From IMG/VR virus record IMGVR_UViG_3300028888_000055: 64,000 nucleotides of DNA; one strand, written 5' to 3'. The stretch comes from a virus (taxonomy: Duplodnaviria; Caudoviricetes). Shown piece by piece: positions 1 through 13,395 of the stretch. The notes under the pieces are model-generated. The model worked only from the letters and a program-made list of their open reading frames with translations. It was not told the origin of the DNA and made no database searches. Every line of letters begins with the position of its first letter. The first letter of the stretch is position 1. A program made the position numbers and the translations under genes.

Positions 1-2994
1 TCTACAACAGCCATAAAGAATAAGTCTTTGGTTTATTCTTCTAAAGCAGGTGAAGCTGAAGAAGCTAAAAGATTTAGTTATGTATTCAATAAGAGAAAAA
101 CTGAAAAGAATACATCAATAGCTAGAGGAGCCTGGAGTCCTTATATAGGATTAGAATCTACGAGGGTTGGAATTATTGAGAATTTAAGAAGAATAGACAT
201 AAAAATGCCTGATTATTCTAGTTCTAATCTAGAAGATATGTTTCATATTCGTTATCAGGATTCTAATGCTTTTTATGCAGTCTCAGAGAGAAAATCTTTT
301 GATATTTATGATATTAAAGAAAGCTCAACTATTAAAAGTTTGGATTTAATTACAGTCTTTAGAGGTGACTGCTTTATATGTAACTTTACACATAGAATGG
401 TTAGAAATTTCCAGGATCCTTCTTTCCCAGTAAATGATGATATTTTAGACACCGAAACCTGGAAAACCCATTATAAATTAAATAAAGGTGGTAAGAGTTC
501 TAATAAAGAAGATACTTCTATTACCTTTAAGATAGATAGCGAAGGTAAAGTAAGTTCTGTTCCTAATGAAGATGTAGATGTATCAGAAACAGCTAAAATA
601 AATCGAGGCGATGTAAATGCTGTTAAAATCGGACACTGGGTTACATTTAAAATAATGTCCAACTTTAACCTTTCAATGAGAAGTGTGGACGAAACTCATC
701 TTGATGAAGTAGCAACTACACATAAAGGAAGAACCTTCTATCCTTTATATCCTATGAGTACAGAAGGCACAAATAAAGTTCCTGAAGCCTTTATTATGAA
801 TGAAGGATATGGTAGAACTACATCAGACCAACATAGATTATTAAGTAAAGAATATCCAACTGAAAGAACTGATTTCAGTACCAGGATAATGTACTCTGAA
901 TTAGGAGTAAATAATGCAATATCTAATAATCTAAGAATTTTTAAATCTGGAAATCATCAAGATTATTCTACAAACTATGGACAACTAGTTAAACTTATAA
1001 CTTAGAATAGTTATTTAGTGTGCATATTTGAACATGGTATAGGGACAATAGAAATCAACGAACGTGCTGCCATAAATCAAACTAAAACAGAACAAGTTTA
1101 TATTAAATCTGTAAGTGTATTGCCAGAAAAGATGTCTATGCTTCATCTAGATTTTGGTAGTCAATGGCCTGAAAGTGTGATTTCTACTCCTACTGGAATA
1201 TACGGTGTAGATACTGTAGCTAAAGTTATTTGGAGATTAACTGTTAATGGTGGAGTTGAAACTTTATCTGATTTTAAAGTACAAAATTTCTTAAATAATA
1301 ATATAACATTCTCTCTTCAAGAAACTTCTCCAATTGTAGGTATTAGAAATGTAAAAACTCACTATAACGCCTTTAAAAAAGATGTAATATTTACATTTTA
1401 TGATGATATAAATGCTGTAGAGGATAAAGCCTGGAGTCTATGTTATAATGAAGATACAAATGTTAAGACATTTACAACTTTCTATTCTTGGCTTCCTTCT
1501 TACTCTGCAAATATTGATAATGTATTCTTTACATTTGATAGGTAGGCATCGAGAGAACTAGCTATGTTATATGATTACTAGGGCAAATTAAAATTGTCTA
1601 GTGATGATAATTATTCTTACTCTGATCTTCATCTTTTTAATAAAGATGCTGCTAGTATAAAGGATAGTAATATATGTAAAGCACATATTACTTATACTGG
1701 AGCCTCAGATTATGAATTAGCTATAGACAATAAGTATATTTCTGATAAAATATTTAGTTTAGAAAAAGAAGACGAAAATAATTATTATACATTGACTTTA
1801 TATGAAAAGGGCTTAAATTCTGATGTTTATCATATCCCTATTATTGTAAAAGAATACTAGACTGATAATAGAGGACAAAGGATGGTATTAAGAACACTAA
1901 ATACTACCTTAATGATATGTACAGAATCATATCGTACTAAATTATAGAATTACATATGGAAGCATGGTTAGGCAGGGTTAATGTAGCTTGATACAGAAAT
2001 AAAACCAACAAACTGGTATGGTAAATAGCATCCATTTGAATTTGAATTTGTAGTAAATAAGGATATTTATAGTCATAAAATATTTGAAAACCTAATTATT
2101 TTATCAAATAAAACAAAACCAGAGTCCTTACATTTTGAAGTTGTTGGAGAAGTTTATACCTTTGCAAAAGATAAACTAAATATGTTCTATCGCCAGGAAG
2201 CTACCAAATAGCTATACTAGTATTACGGTTACGATATTACATATAATAAAGAATATCTTAAATTAAATCCTGAACATAGATGGGATAAGTATAGTGGATA
2301 TTTTGATAAATCTATAATATTTCCATTAAGAGTTACTAGACAGGATTCCTTAAATGAAGTTTATGATTATTATCAAAAAATGACTTCTAATTCTCTGGAT
2401 TATCAATCTTTATCTGGAGCAGAAATTACCTATGATAAACTATTAAATGACTTTAATGTAAATGTTCATATCCCTGTATATCCTTTAGGAGGACACGAAG
2501 AAGTTAAGATAACTCCTGAACAATATGAATATTATAAGAAAACAAATGTATAGGTAAGAAAAGAAGGCGATAATTATTATAAGTTAGTACCTTATGGTAG
2601 AAGATTAGGAAATGCTCAATATAATGAAGATAGATGGCTGATTCAAATTCCATCTATAAACTACGTTGAGAAAAATGAAAATAAAGAGGCTTGGATTAAT
2701 GATGTTCCGCCTTTGAATGTTTACTATAATCCTTTACCAGAAGACGGTCCTATTAATGATTATATTGATGATTCCGAGCAAACTAATCCTTTCCCAGATA
2801 AAAATATATTTATAAATAATGATGGTACTTCTTTATATAAATATGATAATATAAAGCAAATAAATATATCTGACTGGGGAAATTATAAATAGACTCGCTT
2901 AAGGGATAAATATATGAAGATAAAAATTAGATATGATGGGGAAGATTTAGCTGTTATTGCCGCTATTGTAACCCTATTTTAGAAAAGCGCTTAA
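1..2994 (+). CDS. Tail stabilization/tail-hub-like protein, 5'-truncated (TAG=Gln)
   Basis: Frame 1 is open from base 1 to TAA at 2992-2994 apart from TAGs and joins ORFs 28, 1018 and 1594. Motifs GSQW, IYGVDT, FTTFYSW, WKHGQAG, WYGKQHPFEFEFVV and RDKYMKIKIRY resemble crAss-like tail stabilization proteins. Position precedes the cargo genes. Confidence 0.72.
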
Positions 2995-3004
2995 TAAATA
3001 AATT

Positions 3005-4129
3005 ATGGCAAATACAGACGGAGGATCAGCTATTAGTGAAGCAACGAAAAGTTTAGGATCTAATATGCAAAAGTTCGGCATGATGGCCGACGCTGTTGGA
3101 AGTTTTATTCCATCTAACTATAATATGGGGAAATATGGAAAAGGTAAACTAGCAAGCTAGTTGGATAGTACCTATGATACTATATCTAATGCAGCTATGT
3201 CATTAGGCCCATATGGAATGATAGCAGGTGGAGTAATGAAAGGCCTTGGGTTACTTAATAAAGGTTTAGGAGCTATTGGCGGTGGCACAGACTAGATGAC
3301 CACCACTGACGCTATCTTAAATAGTAGTTTTTTAGGATGGACTCCTATAGGAATGATTAATGGTTTCGGAGGTGCTAGAGCTAGCAATTATAATAGAGAT
3401 GATGAAATTGACGCTAATTCTGGAGGTTCATATCAAGGTTTTCTTTCTGCGGAAGATGAGGCAAGTGAAAAAGCTGGTAAAAAATATGGTCTTTTCTCAA
3501 AAGGAGCATTAAATAAAGCAAATGAATTAATCGATAAAGTATCCGTATAGCAGATACAATTAGGAGCAATTGAAGATACTAATAAGTTAAATTAGAATAT
3601 TGCACAGAACAATGCTCCATTTATTTCTATGCGATCTTAGATTGCCAACGATGGTGGTTTACAATATGCTAGAATAGGAAAAGAAGGTATGACTTTTGAT
3701 AAAGCAATGGTGTTTGCTAAACATGTATTATAGCGAAGACCAGTTAGAAAGTTGGAAAAAGGCGATAAGAATAGTAAAGTAAAGAAGAATACTCCTTACT
3801 CTTTACCCGAATTACCTTTACTGAAACAAGGAGGCTCCTTTAACGTAATTCCTGATGGTTCTCTTCATAAAAATAAACATCATCTTGATGAAATTGATGA
3901 GAAATTTGAGGATGTTACAACAAAGGGTATACCCGTTATTACAGAACAAAATGGAGAAGTAATACAACATGCTGAAGTAGAAAAAGAAGAAATAATCTTC
4001 AGATTAGAAACAACTAAGAAAATTGAAGAATTAATGAAAGAAAATACTGATGAGGCAGCTATTGAAGCAGGAAAACTTCTCGTTAAAGAGATATTACATA
4101 ATACTAAAGACAACGCTAATATTATATAA
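3005..4129 (+). CDS. Putative virion cargo protein, Gly-rich N-terminus (374 aa, TAG=Gln)
   Basis: ATG at 3005 is in frame with ORFs 3296 and 3752 and ends at TAA 4127-4129. Gly/Met-rich hydrophobic N-half; C-terminal KQGGSFNVIPDG...KGIPVI...AEVEKEEIIF block. Confidence 0.75.
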
Positions 4130-4131
4130 TT

Positions 4132-5601
4132 ATGCCAAATCGTTATACATCACCTTACACAGAATACGATAAATTGTTTGAACCTTATACAGATGACCAA
4201 GAGCGTTTGTAGGACTTGTTAGCGCAAATGAATTATCCTGAAATTGTATAGGCTGGTTCTGAATAGGATTATGGGCAGCGATTTAAGTGGGGAAAATATG
4301 GATTGGGAAACTTATATCAAAGAAACCATACTATGCCAAATGGTACAGAATATACCGCCGAAGATAATGCACATTTTCTTATTATCCCCTTTATGCGCCC
4401 TTAGATAGGTTATGAACCAAATACTCTAAAGGCACCAAGTGCATAGTAGCGCACAACATATGAAGAATTTCCACACGCATATTTATTCAACAATGGCATG
4501 CAAAACTATGCAGAATCTCTGTAGGATTTTCTAGTATCTGGCAGAGAACAAGATTATTTAAATCCTTTCACAATGGAAGGATTCACGCATGGACTTTTTA
4601 GTGATAATACCATAAATGCCAAAGAAAAGCAAAAAAGGTTTAAGATCACTAAAAAATTAACAAAAGATTTAGGATTAGAAAATCTACTAGTAGATTTTAA
4701 TGGTGATAAACAAAAGGATTATGTTATTCCAGGTTTTAATAATGATCATGGTCCAGTTGGCGGACAATATTGGGTAGAAGCTTATCGAAGAGGAAAAATA
4801 AATTAGGAAACATTGGATAAAGCTCTTAAAATAGTTTCAGATTATCATCAAAATGGAAGAAAAGACGCTTATTATGATGCGGCTTGGAAAGCTAATAAAT
4901 AGAATTATGCAGAGCAACTTCGTAAATTAGGTTTTACTGACGGAGGTGATTTAATAAGATTTGCAACGCCTACTTTAAGTATAATTAATTTTGTTGGAGA
5001 AAGTGGCAATATAATATCTACGAAACGTGAACTTGCTAAAAAAGAAAAAGAATTAGAAAAAGCTTATAAAAATAAAGAAATAACTAAAGATCAATATAAT
5101 AAAATCAAGAAACAATATGAACTTGCTAATAAATCTTTACACAAAAAAATACACGCCACTATTGGGAACGATTTTTCTAATGCAGTAAAAGAAACTAAAC
5201 AAGGAAATCTTAAACAAGCAGCTAAATCTGCAGGTAAAGGACTTCTCAAAGTAGCAGATTCTTCAGCAGGAGCAGGACAATCAGCAAGTAATATTATGTA
5301 GAATTTTATAGCAAATTAGCTTACTTAGGAAACTAAAAAAGCTATTAAGAAAGGTGTATACGATGCTACAGATTATGTTATGGATAAATCTCCCTAGTGG
5401 CTTAAAAATGCAAATAAGAAAGCTAATCCATATGCAAAGAAGGCAATAACATCTACATGGAACTGGATTCCTGAAGGCAGTTTCAAAGACGCTTTAAGAG
5501 ATAACAAATTAATGAGATTTGGACGTGATTGGGCTAAACGTTATGGTCTGTGGAAGAAAAACGGCGGTGTATTAAATATATAGGATATGTTAATTTATTA
5601 A
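4132..5601 (+). CDS. Hypothetical virion-region protein (489 aa, TAG=Gln)
   Basis: ATG 4132 to TAA 5599-5601, read codon by codon with only TAG interruptions (about 14 by manual count, including tandem TAG TAG at 4444-4449). Ends in WKKNGGVL. Confidence 0.8.
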
Positions 5602-5608
5602 ATTCTGT

Positions 5609-6268
5609 ATGGAAGAAAATTTTGATATTGAACTTGCTAAAGATGGTACTACTATAGAAAAAATTGACAATGAGACTTCTAGTTCTATAGATATCGAAAT
5701 TGGAAATAAAAAATATACAGTACAACTTGCAAAGACAGAAAAAGAAAAAGAAAAAGGTTTAATGGGTAAACAATCCTTACCAAAGAATGAAGGAATGTTA
5801 TTTATATATGATGAACCTCAAACAGTTGGTTTTTGGATGAAAGACACTCATATACCTTTAGATATTATCTTTATTGATGAAGACTGCGAAGTTATTTCTA
5901 TTTATAAAGCCAAGCCATTAGATAAAACCATTGTTGAAGAGGATGATGTAAAATATGTATTAGAAGTAAATCAAGATTCTGGTATAAAAGAGGGAGATGA
6001 GTTAGAGTACGATGAAGACCCTGATGAAGATTTACCTACTATGAAAGTTATAGGGCCCAATGGTGAAACTTAGATGGAACTTGAGGGTGGAGAAAGAATA
6101 TTTAGTAGAAAAAATACCAGAACTTTAATCAGAATGGCAAAAAGAGCTGAAGAATCTAATTCTGATACAGACTATAAACGATTAGGTAAAAAAATATTCA
6201 AATATATTGAAATACAAGATAATAGAGAGCCAGAATACGTAGAGTTAAAAACTGACTCCGATGATTAA
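5609..6268 (+). CDS. DUF192-family protein with C-terminal extension (219 aa, one TAG)
   Basis: ORFs 5609-6073 and 6074-6268 are joined by a single TAG. GLMG...EGMLFIY...FWMKDTHIPLDIIFID...YVLEVN is the DUF192 (COG1430) signature. Confidence 0.85.
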
Positions 6269-6308
6269 TAATTATGATTAATTATTTTATCATAAAAATA
6301 ATTTTTTA

Positions 6309-6319
6309 TAAATTTGTAG
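6309..6319 (+). promoter_or_regulatory. Bacteroidota sigma70-type -7 promoter element (TAnnTTTG)
   Basis: TAAATTTGTAG lies in the AT-rich intergenic gap ~30 nt upstream of ATG 6348. The same 11-mer occurs upstream of the primase on the - strand. Confidence 0.55.
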
Positions 6320-6347
6320 CAGTTTAACTGTTAAACATTATTTTATT

Positions 6348-6665
6348 ATGAGAATTGTAAACAAATACAGAAAATTTCAAGACGGTGGAGCTATGCCTCC
6401 CGAAGGTGCCCCTATGGAAGCTCCTATGGAAGCTCCAATGGAAGGAGCACCCGCACCTGAAGAAGGTGGCGATCCTTTAACACAAATCTTACAAGTTGCA
6501 GCTATGGCTTTGCAAAATCAAGACTGTGAAGCAGCTATGGCAGTATGCCAAGCTTTTATTGAATTAGCTCAAGGCGGACCTCAAGGCGGTGCTCCAGCAC
6601 CTGCACCAGAAGGTGAACCTACATTTGCTAGATACGGAGCTAAACTCGTAAGGGTTAGAAGATAA
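6348..6665 (+). CDS. Small Pro/Ala/Glu-rich protein with KFQDGG motif (105 aa, no TAG)
   Basis: Intact standard-code ORF. N-terminal KFQDGG, APME repeats, short helical core, basic C-terminus FARYGAKLVRVRR. Confidence 0.85.
   Translation: MRIVNKYRKFQDGGAMPPEGAPMEAPMEAPMEGAPAPEEGGDPLTQILQVAAMALQNQDCEAAMAVCQAFIELAQGGPQGGAPAPAPEGEPTFARYGAKLVRVRR
6408..6443 (+). repeat. 12-nt coding tandem repeat x3 (APME)
   Basis: GCCCCTATGGAA GCTCCTATGGAA GCTCCAATGGAA. Confidence 0.85.
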
Positions 6666-6687
6666 ACTTAACTTTAAGGTTTATAAT

Positions 6688-6725
6688 AGGGGCTTATATG
6701 TTTAGCTATAAGTCCCTTTTATTTA
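6688..6725 (+). terminator. Rho-independent terminator
   Basis: Stem AGGGGCTTATA / TATAAGTCCCT (one G-U pair) followed by a T-rich tail, just downstream of the 6348-6665 gene. Confidence 0.7.
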
Positions 6726-6738
6726 ATTTATAGTAACT

Positions 6739-9700
6739 ATGGCATAGGTAATAGAAAAATTTAAAGAAGGAAAAAGCATATCATCTAAAAAAGGAACTTC
6801 TAAAAAAGTAGCTTCTAAAAAGCCAGTTCCTAAAAAAGAACCTTCTAGTAAAAAAGCTGAAGCTGTGGAAGAAGCAGTAGAGGTCATGACCCCTCCTTAG
6901 GTAGCACAAGCTCCTCAGACTCCAGTAGTAGACGATTATACTATACATTATAATGATAAAGAATACGATCCTACTTGGGTAAGGGATTACGTAGAAAAAA
7001 ATGTTAATACTTTTATTAACAATGAAAATATGACATAGGGACAAGCAGAAAAATTTAGAGATACTATTAAGGATGTTATATTACCTAGCATAGATGCTAA
7101 AGTTTTAGACTTTTCAGATCCTTATACTTTAAATGTCCCTACAAATAATTCTAGTGACGGATATTATAATAAAGCTGGGTCAGGAATATTTAGTTATGAT
7201 ATAACTGATGATAATAAAGCAGGAATGATAGCCGCTACTAGATATTTACGTTCTTTATTGAGTTCTCCTGATGCAATATCTAAAAAACCAAAAGAAGCCT
7301 ACAATGGTGATAAGGTTTTAGTCAAAGCACTGGCTGAAAAATTAGGAAATGGAAACCCTGCTGCATTTAAGTCTGTTTGGGAGGCATACACTCCAAAAGA
7401 ACGCAGAAAAGCTTTGCAAGAAGTTTTAGGAAGTTTGGATTATAATAACATATTTAAACTTTATAATTTTGATGAAACTAATACTAGAGATGCTGCTGCT
7501 TTGCATGCGGCAGTTGCCAATTTACAATATGCTTTAAAACATGATAAAGCTAAAGATGATAAATTGGATTCTTCTACATTTGCAGCTGCTGGTAAAGTAG
7601 GTATTAGTTTACTAAAATCTCTTCTTTATGGAGAGGAAAAGAAACAAGCACCTCCTGTTACTCCAGTAGATGCTACTGGTGGCGCAGGTGCAGGAGCTGC
7701 AGGTGGAGCGGCAGGAACAGGGCAACAAGGTGCTGCTGGTACACAAACTGGACAAACGGCTAATGGAATTTCTTAGGCGGATATACAAGCTGCTAATAAA
7801 GTAATTTCAATATTTAGAGAACTTGAATCAGGAACTTCTTCATAGAAAATTATACTTACTCCAGACTCTAAGTACGTAGTAAATAAAGGAATGGTAAATT
7901 CTGGAACCCAACTAAAAAAAGATATTGCAGCCCTTAAGAAAGAACCCCTAGTATTTAATGGTAAAAAGTATGGATGGGGGGACCTAATAAACCATACTAA
8001 TACACATATATTTAAAAATTTAGCAAATGGCAAGTTAAATGAACAAGATTCTAGTAAATGGAATAAACTTGATAAAACAGCCATTAAATTATACTTTTAT
8101 TATTTACAATCATAGAATCCAGAGGCCGAACATGTGTTTGCATATTATGAACCTAGCACTAAAAAGGTAATTGTTGCAAATCTTAAGGATAACACATTCT
8201 CTGTTGGACAGCTTGGCATAGATCAGATATATGCTTCTCCTGATGGTAAGAAAGAAATTGATAAAATATTAAGTGCAAATAATCTAACTTATGATAAATA
8301 TCTACAAATATTAAGTAGTGTTCCTTCTAGTAAAAAAGGAGGAGCATTAAAACGTAAATATTTAGAAGGTGGAAAAGCTGATGAGTATGCTCAACAAGTT
8401 GATGCTGCTATAAAAGCTAATAATGATGCTGCAAAGCCAGAAGGCATGGATCAGAAAACGTGGGATGCTAAAACCAAATTAATGGCAGATGAAGAGGGCA
8501 TAAATCTTTCTGGCACAGATATTACTAGACTGACTGCTCTTGCATAGGATATTGTAGCTTTAGGAGCTTCCTTTGCTGGTCCTTATGGTATGGCAGCTGC
8601 TGGAGCATTAGGAATAACAAGTGCTCTTACTGACTTAGGTGCTGACATATTCGATGATAGTGTAACCACAGGAGAAGTGTTAACAAATCTGGCAGTTAAT
8701 TTAGGTTTAGGAATTGCAGGCGCACTTCCTGGAGGTAAGCTAGGTTCTTTAGGTGCTAAATTAGTTAAATGGGGCCCTAAACTAGCAAAAGCTGCAATGT
8801 TATATGGAGGTGTGAAGATGGGAATGGATGTTATATAGACTCTAAACAGAGGAAGCTAGGTAGGATGGAATAACCTTTCAAAAGATGATTGGAATAATTT
8901 AATTAGAGCAGCACAGCTTATTATAGGAGGTAAAGCCTCTACTAGAGTAGCTAAAGCAAGAGCAGGAGCTTTAGAGTATACTAATTCCAATAGAACAACT
9001 AAAACAGCTGATGTAGGTTCTGTAACTCTTAAAGGTAAATTTAAACAACCTACTAATAATACTGGAGGAGTATTTAAAAGTGGTAAAGAACTTAAATTTG
9101 ATCTTACTAATCCAGAACATGCAGCACACTGGGAGGCTTTAAAAGGTAAAGCAACTAATGCTGAGCGTGTAGCATATTTGAAAGAAAAAGGACTTATAGC
9201 TAATGAAGCTGGTCAAAAAATACGAGGAACTGGACCTAAATGGTTAACAAACTGGCTTTTTGGTAATGAAACTGGAATGTTTAGAACGAGAACAGGACGT
9301 CTTTATAATTGGGAAGAATTTAAAGCTGCTAATCCAAACTGGAAAACAATTATTAAAGGTGGTAAAGAAGGTCGAGACTTATTTATTGATAGGGAAATTA
9401 AGTCTCCGTGGTTAGTACCAGATTGGCTTGACGTAAGAAGATACATACCAGGAATGTCAGGAAGAATAGGTCTTCTTCAAGAGAAAGATATGATAAGAGG
9501 GTATCTAGAGAATTTACGTCATACAGATCCTGATGAATACTTGAGAGCTATACGTGAAATAGACAGTACCATAAGAACAAAGAGATGGAAAATCCTTAAA
9601 AAGATGGATGAACGTGCTGTTAAAGCTGCAAAGAGACACATGAAATGGTTCCCAAGATACTTTGAACCCAAAAATTAGCCTATTGGTCCTACTGGTAGTC

Positions 9701-11574
9701 CTATATAGTCTGTTGATCCTCGTAGTGTCCCTGATAGATAGTGGGAATAGGGCAGTCTATTTAAAAACGGAGGTATTCTTTCTTCAGATGTTCAATTTGC
9801 TAAGTAGGTATTATCATATAGAGGAGGTGGTAGATCTTCTAGAAATAATCAGCCTTCTAGAGGCAGTCAATCTTCAGGAATTATGTATTCTTCTGTAATT
9901 AGTTCTCCAGAATACAGAAGAGCCTGGGAAAAAATATTAGATGAATTGGATACTAATCCTAATTCTAATATACTAGAACAGATAAATGATCTTTAGAAAT
10001 CTTGGCAAACTAATAGTAATACCTTATTTGGAAGTGCTGGATGGAATGGAACAGACAAAAAAGGTAATGGAGCAGTCACTGCTCGCAGAAAAATATTTAA
10101 CAATACTGAATTAGGTAAAGCTATAAATACTATTATAAGAGCTAACGATGGTTTAGATGATTATTTTGGTCCTTTAGAAAATGTTAGACATTTTGGTAAA
10201 AAAGAGCACCTTTCTTAGGTATCTAGAATGATCTAGGACATAATAAAAAATGGTCAAAAAAATAAAAAATACAAAAATATAAAATCATTTAAAGTAGTTA
10301 ATAATAATGGTGTACTAGGATTTCAATTAAATACTTCTGGTAAATCAACAGGTACAAATATTAAAAACACAGAAGGCAAAGGTACAGATGTTACTAGTCC
10401 AACTAGTGCTGATAATATAGCTAGCGCTGTAGAAGCTGTTAAGGGCTAGGTTAAGGGTTAGACTGATGCTAAACCAAAGGATCAGTCTGTTTCTGGAACA
10501 TCAGTTGATGTTGGAACTCCTTTATCGACAAAAAGCGATAAAAAGGTTAATATAAATCTTCCATAGTTATATGCTGATCTTAGATACAAAGACAGTATAA
10601 ATGCTCAAAAACGTGTAAATGATTTATATCATACTTATAAAATAGGATTTGATGACCCAACAAGGCAATCATTTATATATAATGATAACTATTCTCTTCT
10701 TAAGAAAATGGAGCAACAAGCAGCTTCTAATCTTAATACTATACAAGGAGGAGCCTTATCAACCGATCCTTCTGTAAATAATGCTGCCTTATTAGAAGGA
10801 ATTAGAGAAAATAATAAAGCATTGGCAGATGCAAGAGTACAAACAGATGCTAATATTAGAGAAAATAATAAGTAGAATCAGACTATAGCAGATGCTAATG
10901 CGAAAGAAGCAGTTGAGACAGCAAATAGGAATCGTGCAGAACTTGATAAGTTTAACAACGGGATGGTAGACATCGATATTACTAACGAATTAGCTTTACA
11001 TAATAGTAAGGATCGTTACATGGCTGAACAACAACAAATTGCTACTCAGAAACAAATGCTTGCTAATGCAATGGATTATAGTAAATACACTGAAGCTTCA
11101 AATGCTCAAGTATTCCATGAACAGTCTGAACTTGCTAAATTGGCGAGAAAAGAAATGGCCGATTTACTAGAGAGACTTAAGAAAGAAAATCCAGGAAAAT
11201 CTCAGGAGGAAATTTATAATGATCCAGAACTTGTAGCACTCTCTCAATCGTTCTAGAAACAAATGCATGAAATAGTATCTAGACATAGAATAAATAGTGC
11301 AGATTATTTAGGCTCATTAATATCATTTAATCCTTATACTTGGGTAAGACCTGATAATGTGACATTTGATGTTTCTTATACTCCTTCGTTTAAATCAAGT
11401 ACTCCAACAAATACAAGAGTAACAGTTGGAAAAAAAGGACTTAAATTAGGAAAAGGTGGTGAAGCTAAATATTCATATGATAAAGCGAAAGAAGCATATT
11501 TAAAATTCTTAAGAGATGATTATAAATAGGTAAGTAAACGCAATGCGAAAGTATTGCATGGTCAATATAAGTAA
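6739..11574 (+). CDS. Large virion cargo/ejection protein with Gly/Ala-rich hydrophobic segments (1611 aa, TAG=Gln)
   Basis: ATG GCA TAG start at 6739. Frame 1 joins ORFs 7225, 7891, 8134, 8590, 9178, 10963 and 11263 and ends at TAA 11572-11574. Hydrophobic block ~8520-8940; several KxGG motifs; coiled-coil-like C-terminus. Confidence 0.8.
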
Positions 11575-11575
11575 T

Positions 11576-13393
11576 ATGAATATAATTCCTAAACATTAGA
11601 GCGGAGGTCCTGTAACGATTGTTTATCAACCGTTAGAGAGGCCTCTTGCTTCTTTAACAATGGCAGCATATGCTGCTGGTGATAGTCACGCTAATGCTTC
11701 TTCTGCTTCTGGAGGAGAAGCAACATCATCTTCATCTTCTAAATCTAAGTCAGATGAAGGACTTTTAACAAAAGACTTAATTAAAGAAGCTTATACTAAA
11801 GGATTACCAAGCGATGTAGCTGAATTTATGAGCAAAGTAAATATCTTTGGTAATGATCTGTTTGGATTAAGTAATGGATTATCTTCTTCTAATTATAAAT
11901 AGTTAGTATCAATGCTATCTAGTTTGTAGTTAAATAAAGAACAATACACTAAGGCTTTAGAACACGCTACTTCTAAAAATACACTTAATGAACCTGCAAT
12001 CACATCCGATGGTAAAGTATTTGTACTAGGAAGCGATGGTTTAATTACCAAGAGTGTATCAGAAGTAGGCAAGGATGAAAAAACATTAAGTGTAGGCGAA
12101 TTAAGTTAGTTGAGAGCTTATTCTAAAGACCTGGCATTTGATAATGGCACATTAACTAATGCAATAGCAGGAAGTATAAGCATACAGGATGTCTTTAAAA
12201 GCATTCAAGATATAGTAAGTAAGATAGGTAACTCAGAAGTAGAAAGCGAAGTTATAGGTAGAAAAAGCGGAAAAGCGGTTACTAAGGGACTTGAAGCCCT
12301 TTTAAGCGAGGCTGAAGATGGTACTTATAAAATCAAACAAGAGAATAAAAATCAAGTAGCTCAAGCGAAAGTTGCCTTACAATATATATTAGCATCTTTG
12401 CCTACTAATCAATAGGCATTGCTTTAGGAATATGCAAGAAGACATGGTATGGATACTTCTCAAGGACCTTTAGTATTGATTAAGAGTTTCATACAAGGAC
12501 AATTAAGTGATGTATCTAAATTAACTATTGCATCTGCTCCTAATAGTAGTAGCTCTGGGGATGGAAGTGATGGTAGTAATAAGAAAACAAAGATGACATT
12601 CCCAATGTAGTTAATTACTGGTGATGGATTAGCCCATAGTACAGAACTTATATCATTTGGAACTGGCGAAGCATATAGTGTAGATGTACAAAGTTCTCCA
12701 CAGATACCTTTAGCATCTGGCGGTATTGTTAAAGCTGGAGATGCCTCTAAGATTTTGGAGAGTCAGTTGGGTGGAATTATAGAATCGGATTCTATACATG
12801 TTGGAGAACAACTTATAAGTCCTATGGCATTATCTAGAATGTATTATGACGGCTCTGGTGTTAAGGCTATGTGGTTACCTGTAAAGAAGGATAATAATGG
12901 TAAAGACATGCCTAATATGGATTTGATGAAGAAGTTCATGGAAGTACAGCAGAGAATTAAGAATTTAAGTACACCTCCTACACCTCAACAAGTAAATGCT
13001 ATGCTTAGAGAGGCAGGTTTATCGGACTACTATTCTGCAGATGGTCAAGTATTAAGTAATTACAGACGATTCGCTGTAATATCAGTATTAGGAGATGAAG
13101 CCGCTTTCAAAGATCCTGATGAAAGTAAAGCCTTTACTGAAGTTGACGATGATGCTATTCGTGAAACATTTAGTAGAAGTTTAGGTACTGAAAAGAACCC
13201 TCTTAAGATAGAAGGCGATCTTTATAGAACTAATCTATTTATTCCATTGTATGATAGTCCTTCACTTGCTAGACAGGCAGGAGGAAATCCTGGATGGGTG
13301 CCAGATAATGGATGGTAGGCCGAAGAACAAGCCTATTCAGAAGTACAAGCTTAGAAAAATTTTAAACAACCACAACCTAAAAGTGCATTATAA
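11576..13393 (+). CDS. Virion cargo protein (605 aa, TAG=Gln)
   Basis: Starts MNIIPKH*SGG. Frame 2 joins ORFs 11660, 12110 and 12755 and ends at TAA 13391-13393. Contains KGLPSDV and a Ser-rich linker. Confidence 0.8.
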
Positions 13394-13395
13394 TA

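Noticed and set aside
9662-9898. 78-aa ORF with a signal-peptide-like hydrophobic N-terminus
   Set aside because: It lies out of frame inside the continuous 6739-11574 gene and is most likely a shadow ORF. An overprinted membrane protein cannot be strictly excluded.
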